Of a stretch of DNA of 37,100 nucleotides, positions 25,200 through 33,139 are shown piece after piece. This DNA is from Spirochaetales bacterium (GTDB lineage Bacteria > Spirochaetota > Spirochaetia > Treponematales > UBA12059). Position 1 is the stretch's first letter, and every line of letters begins with the position of its first letter. The stretch is from the NCBI GenBank assembly GCA_016928955.1, contig JAFGJV010000055.1, positions 1 to 37,100 on the forward strand, in the 5' to 3' direction. Both the position numbers and the translations under genes were made by a program. The notes below the pieces were generated by a model. That model was not told the DNA's origin and made no database searches. It was given only the letters and a program-made list of their open reading frames with translations.

Positions 25200-26678
25200 A
25201 TGATGAAGAAGAACCTGTTTTTTGGCGTGCTGGCCCTGATCGGTCTGGCGCTTGCCGGCTGTTCGGCCAGTCCCGTGGTGGATCTGGAGCAGGCGGCTGT
25301 CCAGCTCGAGCCCCTGGGCTCCATGGTGTCCGTGGCCCGCGCCGCCGGCCATGTGGTGGACGCCAGCGGCTACGAGGCCAGTTCCAAGGCCGTCAATCCC
25401 GGCGACGCCTATTTTGACTCAACCGAAATAAATGACCGGACTCCAGCCCAGGTATGGGCTCTACGAACGGACGGCACGGTGCGCCGCTATCCTACAGCAG
25501 GCTACTATGAAGACTACTACAACGTCGGCGAGGAAGCGTACTTCACCCTGGAAGTGGCCACAGACTCGCTGGGCGCTCCCATCAGCGGCTGGTATCTGGT
25601 CAAGGTGTACGTGTATCCCCGCTACAGCCTGCTGGTGAGCTACGTGTATGAAGAGTATTACGTGCAGGCCGATGACGCTACCTGGGCTTATTATTCCGAT
25701 ACGAGCTCTAGCCCGGGGTACGCCCTGCTCCAGACCTACATGAAATCCGGTCAGGTATTCACCAAGACGGTAAACGCCACCGGCGTGGCTAGCTACACGG
25801 GCACGGACGCGTTCAGCCTAGATCCCCTGGTCGATCCGCCTGCCTACGCATACAGCGCGACTCCCGGCGCCCCGGGCACGGACACCGGGCTTTTCTACGT
25901 GGACGCGTACTCGGTAACGCCCAACGGCCGCGCCTACGTGCGGGAATTCTACTCGGAGACGGATTCAGTCGTTCCCGGGCAACCTGACAGCTCGGGCGTC
26001 ATGTACGTATACGACCGCTACCTCGGCAACAAGGAAAAGACCGAGGTAACCCGCTACAAGAAGCTGGGCGACGAGCGTACCATACGCTCGTTCTATACCG
26101 ACGACAGGCATAAAAGCGGCCTGTACACGGGCGTCGTGGCCACCAACATAGACACGGTATCCGGAGCTCCCATCGTCATAGAAGAGTTCTCCGACTACTG
26201 GCCGGGCACAAGCGGCCAGAGCTACGATACCGCGTCCGGTACCTATATCAAGCTGACGGAGACAAGCGTCGGTTCCAACGCTTATTCAGGCACCCTGGTG
26301 GACTACTGGCCGGGCGGGGCATACGTGTACAGCGCGGATATCAGCGCCGACGGCACGGCAAGCTACTCGGGCGGCGTGTACGACGGAGCCTGGACCAGGA
26401 CCGGCGTGGCCGGCTGGCCGGATACCTTCAACGCCCGCTCCCTGAGCCCCCGGGCGGCCCTGGCGGACCAAAGCCTGGACCTTGCGGCCCTGGGCGGCTT
26501 CTCGCTGGTGCTGCCGTCTGGCGCCCGGTTCCACGGCGCGTTTGAGGGCGGCGTGTTCTCGGGCACCTTCACCGACCTCAACGGAGCCACGGCGACCGTG
26601 GTGGTAGACAGCTTTGGCGTCGCGGTCGGCGACGACTTCCAGCCCTGGCCCCGCCTTCAGGAAGCGCTCCTTCCCTGA
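25200..26678 (+). CDS. Hypothetical lipoprotein, Tyr/Ser/Thr/Gly-rich, beta-rich
   Basis: MMKKNLFFGVLALIGLALAGC signal with LAGC lipobox and GAGG RBS; no recognised domain. Confidence 0.8.
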   Translation: MMKKNLFFGVLALIGLALAGCSASPVVDLEQAAVQLEPLGSMVSVARAAGHVVDASGYEASSKAVNPGDAYFDSTEINDRTPAQVWALRTDGTVRRYPTAGYYEDYYNVGEEAYFTLEVATDSLGAPISGWYLVKVYVYPRYSLLVSYVYEEYYVQADDATWAYYSDTSSSPGYALLQTYMKSGQVFTKTVNATGVASYTGTDAFSLDPLVDPPAYAYSATPGAPGTDTGLFYVDAYSVTPNGRAYVREFYSETDSVVPGQPDSSGVMYVYDRYLGNKEKTEVTRYKKLGDERTIRSFYTDDRHKSGLYTGVVATNIDTVSGAPIVIEEFSDYWPGTSGQSYDTASGTYIKLTETSVGSNAYSGTLVDYWPGGAYVYSADISADGTASYSGGVYDGAWTRTGVAGWPDTFNARSLSPRAALADQSLDLAALGGFSLVLPSGARFHGAFEGGVFSGTFTDLNGATATVVVDSFGVAVGDDFQPWPRLQEALLP

Positions 26679-26701
26679 TTTCCCCTGCGTTTTGAAACAG
26701 C

Positions 26702-26732
26702 GGCCGCCCCTCTATGGGGCGGTCTTTTTTTT
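26702..26732 (+). terminator. Rho-independent terminator
   Basis: GGCCGCCCC-tctat-GGGGCGGTC-TTTTTTTT after the lipoprotein stop. Confidence 0.85.
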
Positions 26733-26785
26733 GCAACGCCGCCGGGTGCGGCGGCGTTTCATTATTTGACGACCTGTTTCCTTCC

Positions 26786-26814
26786 TTGACATGGCCTCCC
26801 GCGCGGGCTATAAC
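26786..26814 (+). promoter_or_regulatory. Sigma70 promoter of lysine fermentation operon
   Basis: TTGACA-17 nt-TATAAC, 65 nt upstream of the kdd ATG. Confidence 0.8.
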
Positions 26815-26879
26815 TGGAAGACTCGCCCGGGCTCCCGTGGGCTACGTGTGCCCGGAGACCAAGAGCACAAGGAGGACCC

Positions 26880-27920
26880 ATGGCATTAGGATGCAAGTAC
26901 GGCACCCACCGGGTGATCGAGCCGGTTGGGGCCATGCCGCAGACCGCCCAGCGCATCAACAACGACATGAGCACGATCTGGGACAACGAGATCCTGCTGG
27001 ACGTGATCGCGCTGAACGTGGACTCGGCAAGCTTCACGCAGATCGAGGAAGAGGCCGGCGGCGACCCGGACAAGATCGGGCAGAAGATCATGTCCATCGT
27101 GGGCGAGCGCGGCAAGCAGCAGAATCCCGTGACCGGTTCCGGCGGCATGTTCATCGGCACCGTGGCCAAGATCGGCCCGGCGCTCAAGGACCGCGACCTC
27201 AAGGTGGGCGACAAGATCGCAAGCCTGGTGTCGCTGTCGCTCACCCCGCTCAAGATCAAGCGCATCATCAAGGTCATGCCCGAGGTGGACCGCGTCATGA
27301 TCGAGGGCCAGGCCATCCTGTTCGAGTCCGGCATATACGCCAAGCTTCCCACCGACATGGACGAGGGACTGGCCCTGGCCGCCCTGGACATAGCCGGAGC
27401 TCCCGCCCAGACGGCCAAGCTGGTCAAGCCGGGCGACAGCGTGCTGGTGCTCGGCGCCGGCGGCAAGTCCGGGCTCATGTGCTGCTACGAGGCCATGAAG
27501 CGCGTCGGGCCTACCGGCCGCGTGCTGGCCAACATCCGCAACGAGAAGTACGTAAAGCCCCTGCGGGACATGAAGCTCTGCCACGAGATAGTCATGGCCG
27601 ACTCCACCAAGCCCGTGGACGTGCTCAACGGCGTGCTCAAGGCAAACAAGGGCAAGGAAGTGGACGTGGTCATCAACTGCGTGAACCTGCCCGGCTGCGA
27701 GATGGCCAGCATACTTCCCGTGCGCGACAACGGCATCGTATACTTCTTCAGCATGGCCACCAGCTTTACCCGCGCGGCGCTCGGAGCCGAGGGCATAGGC
27801 AAGGACGTGCTCATGATCATCGGCAACGGCTACACCAAGGACCACGCCGAGATCACGCTCTGGGAGCTCAGGGAAAACGCCCAGCTCCGCGCCTTCTTCG
27901 AGCAGCAGTACGTTAAGTAA
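26880..27920 (+). CDS. kdd: L-erythro-3,5-diaminohexanoate dehydrogenase
   Basis: GCKYGTHRVIEP, LNVDSASF.QI, RGKQQNPVTGSGGM, LVSLSLTPL, FFSMATSF..AALGAEG; lysine-fermentation context. Confidence 0.95.
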   Translation: MALGCKYGTHRVIEPVGAMPQTAQRINNDMSTIWDNEILLDVIALNVDSASFTQIEEEAGGDPDKIGQKIMSIVGERGKQQNPVTGSGGMFIGTVAKIGPALKDRDLKVGDKIASLVSLSLTPLKIKRIIKVMPEVDRVMIEGQAILFESGIYAKLPTDMDEGLALAALDIAGAPAQTAKLVKPGDSVLVLGAGGKSGLMCCYEAMKRVGPTGRVLANIRNEKYVKPLRDMKLCHEIVMADSTKPVDVLNGVLKANKGKEVDVVINCVNLPGCEMASILPVRDNGIVYFFSMATSFTRAALGAEGIGKDVLMIIGNGYTKDHAEITLWELRENAQLRAFFEQQYVK

Positions 27921-27963
27921 GGCGTTTCCGCCCAAGGCGGGAGCGACCAGGTAAAAATTCAAG

Positions 27964-28277
27964 GCGCGCGCAGCAACGCGAACACGTTGGCCACGCGCAC
28001 CCGGCCAGGAAGCACGGCAAGCCGGTCCGCGATGAGCGCGGTCAGCCGGCGGGGGCAGTCCGACTTCCGGCTGCGAAGGGTCGTCCGTCGGCCGTTCGCG
28101 GCGGCGACCGGGCGTATGTAATGTGAGAAGACGGGTAACCGTCTCTCGCCCCGGGGGCTCCCCGTCCCCGGCGCGGCGAGCGAGCGCCATCCGGCAATCC
28201 GGACCAGACGCGCGCAAGCCGGAAGCGGTGGAGGCCGGACGGGTTCCGGCGGGATGGACGAGACCATCCGTCACCAT
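27964..28277 (+). mobile_element. Degenerate, ORF-less group II intron-like remnant
   Basis: 5' GCGCGCGCAGCAACGCGAACAC resembles GUGCG-initiated bacterial group II 5' ends. The 3' part AAGCCGGAAGCGGTGGAGGCCGGACG-GGTTC aligns with the domain V consensus (AGC triad) with a small deletion, followed by a DVI-like hairpin ending ...CACCAT. Several internal hairpins, one with a GTAA tetraloop. Confidence 0.5.
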
Positions 28278-28298
28278 GCGTTTTCAAGGAAGCACACT

Positions 28299-29573
28299 AT
28301 GGCGAGAGAGTATCCCAAGCTCAAGCTGGACAAATCCATGTCCATGTTCGAGGAGGCCCAGCGCCTGTCCCCCGGCGGCGTGATGGGCATACGCAGACCC
28401 TACAACTTCATCCAGGGCGAGTACCCCATCTTTATCGATCGGGGTTACGGCGGGCACATCGTCGACGTGGACGGCAACGACTACATAGACATGCTCTGCG
28501 CCTACGGCCCGGTGATCCTGGGCTACGACGAGAAGGAAATCAACGACGCGGTCAAGCACCAGATGGACCACAACGGCTTCTGTTTCAGCCTGGTCCAGCC
28601 GGCGCAGAACGAGCTTGAGCGCGCCGTCATCGATATGGTGCCCTGCGCCGAGCAGGTCATACCCGTCAAGACCGGTTCGGACGCCACCACCCTGGCCGTC
28701 CGCATCGCGCGCGGCTACACCGACCGCTCCGTGATCCTGCGCTGCGGCTACCACGGCTGGCACGACTGGTGCGTGGAGAACCACGGCGGCGTGCCCGAGG
28801 AGACCCTGGCCCTGACCGACGAGTTCGAGTACGGCGACCTTGCCGACCTGGAGCGCAAGCTGGACGCGCACAAGGGCAAGGTTGCCTGCGTGATCATCAC
28901 GCCGGTGGGCCATCCCCTGGCCAAGCCCGTCCAGGCGCCGCCGCCCGGTTACCTGGAAGGCGTCCGCGACCTGGCCCACAAGCACGGCGCCGTGCTCATC
29001 TTTGACGAGATACGGACCGGCTTCCGCGCCGCCCTGGGCGGAGCGCAGGAACGCTACGGCGTGACGCCGGACCTGGGCACCTTCGGCAAGGCCATGGCCA
29101 ACGGCTACCCCATATCCTGCGTGGCTGGCAAGCGCGAGATCATGTCCGTGTGCGAGAAGAAGGTGTTCGTGAGCTCGACCTTTTTCCCCAACAGCCTGGA
29201 AATGGTCGCCGCCATCAAGTGCATGGAGATACTCAAGCGCGAGGACGTACCCAACAAGATATGGGAGCGCGGCACCCGCTTCCTGGCCGGCATCCAGAAG
29301 GCCGTGGACGACACGGGCTCGCCGATAACGGTATCCGGCATTCCGCCCATGCCCTTCTTCACCTTTGACCAGGCGCCCGGCGACCCTGACAAGACGTATA
29401 AGGCCCGCCGCGAGTATTTCTACACGCAGACCATACGCCGCGGCCTTTTCATCCAGCCCTTCCACCACTGGTACATAGCGTACCGGCACACGGAAGCCGA
29501 CCTGGCCAAGGCCCTGTCCGCCATCCGGGAAAGCCTGGAACTGATGATGGACAAGTACCCGGTGAAGAGGTAA
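28299..29573 (+). CDS. kat: 3-aminobutyryl-CoA aminotransferase (class III PLP)
   Basis: ATG 28299 after AAGGA. PGGVMGIRRPYNF..GEYPIF, GYHGWHDWCVE, FDEIRTGFR, FGKAMANG and VFVSSTFFPNS closely match my recollection of Kat from Ca. Cloacimonas acidaminovorans. Lies between kdd and kce. Confidence 0.85.
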   Translation: MAREYPKLKLDKSMSMFEEAQRLSPGGVMGIRRPYNFIQGEYPIFIDRGYGGHIVDVDGNDYIDMLCAYGPVILGYDEKEINDAVKHQMDHNGFCFSLVQPAQNELERAVIDMVPCAEQVIPVKTGSDATTLAVRIARGYTDRSVILRCGYHGWHDWCVENHGGVPEETLALTDEFEYGDLADLERKLDAHKGKVACVIITPVGHPLAKPVQAPPPGYLEGVRDLAHKHGAVLIFDEIRTGFRAALGGAQERYGVTPDLGTFGKAMANGYPISCVAGKREIMSVCEKKVFVSSTFFPNSLEMVAAIKCMEILKREDVPNKIWERGTRFLAGIQKAVDDTGSPITVSGIPPMPFFTFDQAPGDPDKTYKARREYFYTQTIRRGLFIQPFHHWYIAYRHTEADLAKALSAIRESLELMMDKYPVKR

Positions 29574-29584
29574 TACGGAAAGCG

Positions 29585-29854
29585 AACCACGGAGGCACGG
29601 AGAAGAGGATGTAGGGTGGAGACAAGGGAGCGGGATCCATGAACCAAGGATATCATCGCGAGCGCGATAGAGGTGCGCCGTGAACTTGGTCCGGGTTTGC
29701 TTGAGAGCATATGCGATGACGATAGAATTGGATGCGCTGGGCTTGCGCTACCAGAGGCGGGTTCGCTTGCCGGTCATCTACAAAGGCAGGGCGTTGCCCT
29801 GTGTATTCCGCGTTGTAGCCCTTGTTTTTTCTGCGACTCTGTGCCTCGGCGGTT
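29585..29854. mobile_element. Inverted-repeat-bounded intergenic element carrying a GxxExxY remnant
   Basis: Left AACCACGGAGGCACGGAG (29585-29602) vs right CTCTGTGCCTCGGCGGTT (29837-29854): 15/18 complementary plus one G-U. Confidence 0.65.
29616..29813 (+). pseudogene. GxxExxY family (PD-(D/E)XK-like) pseudogene
   Basis: VETRERDP*TKDIIASAIEVRRELGPGLLESIC, then a +1 frame MTIELDALGLRYQRRVRLPVIYKGRALPCVFR. Shows an in-frame TGA at 29640, Y->C in the motif, a frameshift near 29715 and 3' truncation. Confidence 0.8.
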
Positions 29855-29891
29855 AGCCTATTCGTTTGTATCGTTGATAACTGGAGGTATC

Positions 29892-30719
29892 ATGTCATTG
29901 GACGGTAAGATCGTAATTACCTGCGCCTGTACGGGCGCGGAGACCAGCAAGGAACTCCAGCCGGCCCTGCCCATCACGCCTGAGGAGGTGGCCAAGACGG
30001 CCGCCGAGTGCAGGGCCGCGGGCGCGGCCATACTGCACCTGCACGTGCGCGACGAGCAGGGCAAGGCCACCCAGAGCGTGGGGCGCTTCAAGGAGGCCAT
30101 AGAGGCCGTCCGCAAGGTAAGCGACATCGTGATCGAGCTGACCACCGGCGGGGCCGTGGGCGACACAGCCGAGGAACGGCTCCGGCCGGTCACCGAGCTG
30201 GAGCCGGAGATGGCCAGCCTGGACTGCGGCACGGTCAACTTTGGCGACGAATACATCGTCAACGACCTGCCCACCATGCGCGCCTTTGCCTCCGAGTTCA
30301 AGAAGCGCCGCGTGCGCGCCACGCTGGAATGCTTTGACCTGGGGCACGTGTACGCCAGCCACTACCTGATCAAGGAGGGCCTCCTCGAGCCGCCCTACCA
30401 TTACGGCTTTGTGCTCAATGTTCCGGGCGCCGTGCCCTACACGGTGGAGAATCTGTCCGCCTTCATGCGGGCCTTGCCCGACGGCGCGGATTTCACCGTG
30501 ATGGGCATAGGCCGCTCTTCTTTGCCCGCGCAATACGGCGCCCTGGCCAACGGCGGCTGGATACGCGTGGGCTTTGAGGACAACGTGTATTTCAGCAAGG
30601 GCGTCCTGGCGTCCAGCAACGCCCAGCTCGTCGAGCGGGCGGCCCGGATAGCGCACGAGGCTGGCCTGAAGCCGGCCACGCCCGACGACGTCCGGAAGCA
30701 CCTGAAACTCCGGGGCTGA
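29892..30719 (+). CDS. kce: 3-keto-5-aminohexanoate cleavage enzyme
   Basis: ATG 29892 after GGAGG. ITCACTGAE, HLHVRD Zn motif, TTGGAVG, RVGFEDN. Confidence 0.93.
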   Translation: MSLDGKIVITCACTGAETSKELQPALPITPEEVAKTAAECRAAGAAILHLHVRDEQGKATQSVGRFKEAIEAVRKVSDIVIELTTGGAVGDTAEERLRPVTELEPEMASLDCGTVNFGDEYIVNDLPTMRAFASEFKKRRVRATLECFDLGHVYASHYLIKEGLLEPPYHYGFVLNVPGAVPYTVENLSAFMRALPDGADFTVMGIGRSSLPAQYGALANGGWIRVGFEDNVYFSKGVLASSNAQLVERAARIAHEAGLKPATPDDVRKHLKLRG

Positions 30720-30735
30720 CCGATCGATGAAGGCC

Positions 30736-30913
30736 AACCACAGAGACGCAGAGGCACGGTGCGATCCGAGCTGGCGCAGGATCGCAGGGTCCGGGGCGCG
30801 GGTACTCCCGCGAATCCCCGGAGAGGGGGTAGCGGAGAAGCGTTGCGCATCGCGCAACCTTCGAAGCGAGGGGGAGACCTCCCCCTCATTCCCTACACGA
30901 GACTCTGCGGTGG
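30736..30913. repeat. Multi-hairpin REP-like element bounded by CCAC..GCAGAG / CTCTGC..GTGG
   Basis: Four internal hairpins (30760-30786, 30790-30822, 30842-30858, 30868-30887). Left end AACCACAGAGACGCAGAGGCACGG resembles the left end of the 29585 element. Confidence 0.6.
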
Positions 30914-30933
30914 AACTAACGTAAGGAGAAACC

Positions 30934-32229
30934 ATGCACGAGTATCCGAGCTTCGAGTATAAACGCATTCCGCTGTACAAGGACGTGACGCCGGAGCAGT
31001 GGAACGACTGGCACTGGCAGATGAAGAACGATATCAAGGACGTGGCTACCCTGGAGAAGGTGGTGCCGCTGACCGACAAGGACAAGTCGGACATCAACGA
31101 GGTCCTGAAGGTTTTCAGGATGGCCATCACGCCGTACTACGCGTCGCTCATAGACCCGGAGAATGCCGGCTGCCCGGTGCGCCTCCAGGCCATACCCCGC
31201 CTGCCGGAGACGCGCTTTGACGCAAGCGACCAGGAAGATCCCCTGCACGAGGACTCTGACAGCCCCGTGCCCGGGCTCACGCACCGCTACCCGGACAGGG
31301 TCCTCCTCCTGGTGACGCATATATGCTCCATGAACTGCCGGCACTGCACGCGCAGGCGCCTGGTGGGCGAGGAGGACATGTCCATGCTGGACCATCAGGT
31401 GGACGCGGCCATAGACTACATAGCGCGCACGCCCATCATCCGCGACGTGCTCATATCCGGCGGCGATCCCCTGGTGCTGTCCGACGAAAAGCTGGAGCGC
31501 ATCATCCAGAAGATCCGCGCCATACCCCACGTTGAGATCATACGCATCGGGACCCGCACGCCGGTGGTCATGCCCATGCGCATCACCGACTCGCTCGTGG
31601 CCATGCTCAAGAAGTACCATCCCATATACGTGAACACGCACTTCAACCATCCCAAGGAGATCACCGCCGAGTCGCGCGAGGCCTGCCGCAAGCTGGCCGA
31701 CGCCGGCATACCCCTGGGGAACCAGACCGTGCTCCTGCGAGACGTGAACGACTGCCCGGTGCTGATGAAGAAGCTCATGCAGAAGCTCCTGGCCATACGC
31801 GTCAAGCCGTACTACATATACCAGTGCGACCTTTCGCGCGGCATCAGCCACTTCCGCACCACCGTGTCCAAGGGCATAGAGATCATCGAGAACCTGCGGG
31901 GCCATACCTCGGGCATGGCCGTGCCCACCTTTGTGATAGACGCGCCCGGGGGCGGCGGCAAGACGCCGGTCATGCCCAACTACGTGATCACCAGCAATGA
32001 CAAGCGCGTGGTGCTGCGCAACTATGAGGGCGTGATCACCACGTACGACGAGCCGAGCGAGTACCACGAGGATTGCGGCAAGTGCCGGATATGCTACGAC
32101 GAGGTCCAGCTCAACGCCACCTGCGGCGTGGCCCGGCTTCTGTCCGGCGACGAGAAGACTCTTAATCCCACGGGCCTGGCCCGCGGCGCGCGGAGCGCGG
32201 ACAAGCTCAAGCCGCGCGGCAAGCGTTGA
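30934..32229 (+). CDS. kamA: L-lysine 2,3-aminomutase (radical SAM)
   Basis: WNDWHWQ, LTHRYPDRVL, CSMNCRHC (CxxxCxxC), ISGGDPL, DAPGGGGK. Confidence 0.97.
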   Translation: MHEYPSFEYKRIPLYKDVTPEQWNDWHWQMKNDIKDVATLEKVVPLTDKDKSDINEVLKVFRMAITPYYASLIDPENAGCPVRLQAIPRLPETRFDASDQEDPLHEDSDSPVPGLTHRYPDRVLLLVTHICSMNCRHCTRRRLVGEEDMSMLDHQVDAAIDYIARTPIIRDVLISGGDPLVLSDEKLERIIQKIRAIPHVEIIRIGTRTPVVMPMRITDSLVAMLKKYHPIYVNTHFNHPKEITAESREACRKLADAGIPLGNQTVLLRDVNDCPVLMKKLMQKLLAIRVKPYYIYQCDLSRGISHFRTTVSKGIEIIENLRGHTSGMAVPTFVIDAPGGGGKTPVMPNYVITSNDKRVVLRNYEGVITTYDEPSEYHEDCGKCRICYDEVQLNATCGVARLLSGDEKTLNPTGLARGARSADKLKPRGKR

Positions 32230-32254
32230 GCCGGAAGGGACCCAAGGGCAGCGT

Positions 32255-33139
32255 ATGCGTGACGACGCGCTCGATTTTCTCGGCTCGGTGACCTTCATCA
32301 CCGGGCCGGAGAAAAACTGCGGCAAGACCACCTTCATGAACCGCGCGGCCGAGCTGGCCAGGCGGTCGTCCCGTGAACGCGGGCTGAGGGCGCCGGCCAT
32401 ACTCACCGTGGGCTACGACGGCGAGACCAGGGATTTCCTGTCAGGCGCCCGGAAACCGTCGGTGACCGTGGACGCGGGAGACGTGTTCGTCACGGCTGAG
32501 CGCTTCCTCCGCTCGGGCGGGGCGGCGCCGGAAATTCTGGACCTGGTGCCAGGTTCCACTGCGCTCGGACGGCTGGCCGTGGCCCGGGCCACCCGCCGTG
32601 GCACGGTGGCCCTGATAGGTCCTGAGGGGAACGCCGCCGTGGACTGGACCATAGCCCGCGTCGTAGACGGCGGCCTTGCGGACACGGTATTCGTGGACGG
32701 GGCCATCAACCGGGTGACGCAGGTTGCCGGTAGGCCGGGCGCCAAGCTGGTGTACGTCATGCGCGTGGACAGGGCAACGCTGTCACGCTCCGGCGCCCAG
32801 GCCCGACGCATGGCGGCACTGGTCGGCCTCCCCGTCGCCGAGCCGGGGGCTCCCGGCGTCCTTGAGTTTGAAGGCGCGCTGACCGCGGACGAGGCCGGAA
32901 GGCTCCCGCGCGAGGCCCAGGCCGTGTCCGTGGCGGACTTTACCAAGGTGTTCCTGGACGCGTCAGAGCTGGCGGCTTTCTCCCGCGCGCGGCGGCTGTA
33001 CGTGCGGCGGCCCGTGGACTTTGCCGGTTTCTCAGTGTCCCTGCGCGGCGTGACCCGAGACGAGTTTCTCGCGGAGCTCGGGCCGGCCGCGGGCATGGCG
33101 TCGTTCAGTCCCTACGAGACGGGCAGGGTGGCTGCATGA
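32255..33139 (+). CDS. kamB: Lysine 5,6-aminomutase reactivase subunit KamB-like
   Basis: GPEKNCGKTT P-loop, GYDGE.RD and VDGAINR; position between kamA and the MutS-like gene. Confidence 0.75.
   Translation: MRDDALDFLGSVTFITGPEKNCGKTTFMNRAAELARRSSRERGLRAPAILTVGYDGETRDFLSGARKPSVTVDAGDVFVTAERFLRSGGAAPEILDLVPGSTALGRLAVARATRRGTVALIGPEGNAAVDWTIARVVDGGLADTVFVDGAINRVTQVAGRPGAKLVYVMRVDRATLSRSGAQARRMAALVGLPVAEPGAPGVLEFEGALTADEAGRLPREAQAVSVADFTKVFLDASELAAFSRARRLYVRRPVDFAGFSVSLRGVTRDEFLAELGPAAGMASFSPYETGRVAA

Noticed and set aside
27921..28298. Lysine (L-box) or cobalamin riboswitch in the kdd-kat spacer
   Set aside because: Core motifs (AGAGGUGC...GCCGAA for the L-box; GGGAA...GCCACUG B12 box) are not found, and the spacer is internal to the operon. 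A group II-like origin fits better.
28299..29573. hemL (glutamate-1-semialdehyde aminomutase) annotation
   Set aside because: It lacks the PGGVNSPVR and YHGH signatures, and the context and motifs match Kat.
29673..29891. N-terminal extension of kce as given in the ORF track
   Set aside because: It is read-through of the GxxExxY pseudogene frame; the real start is ATG 29892 with a GGAGG RBS.
30759..30896. Second group II intron (GTGCG start, CCCTAC end)
   Set aside because: Only 138 nt with no credible domain V; better explained as a REP-like hairpin repeat.
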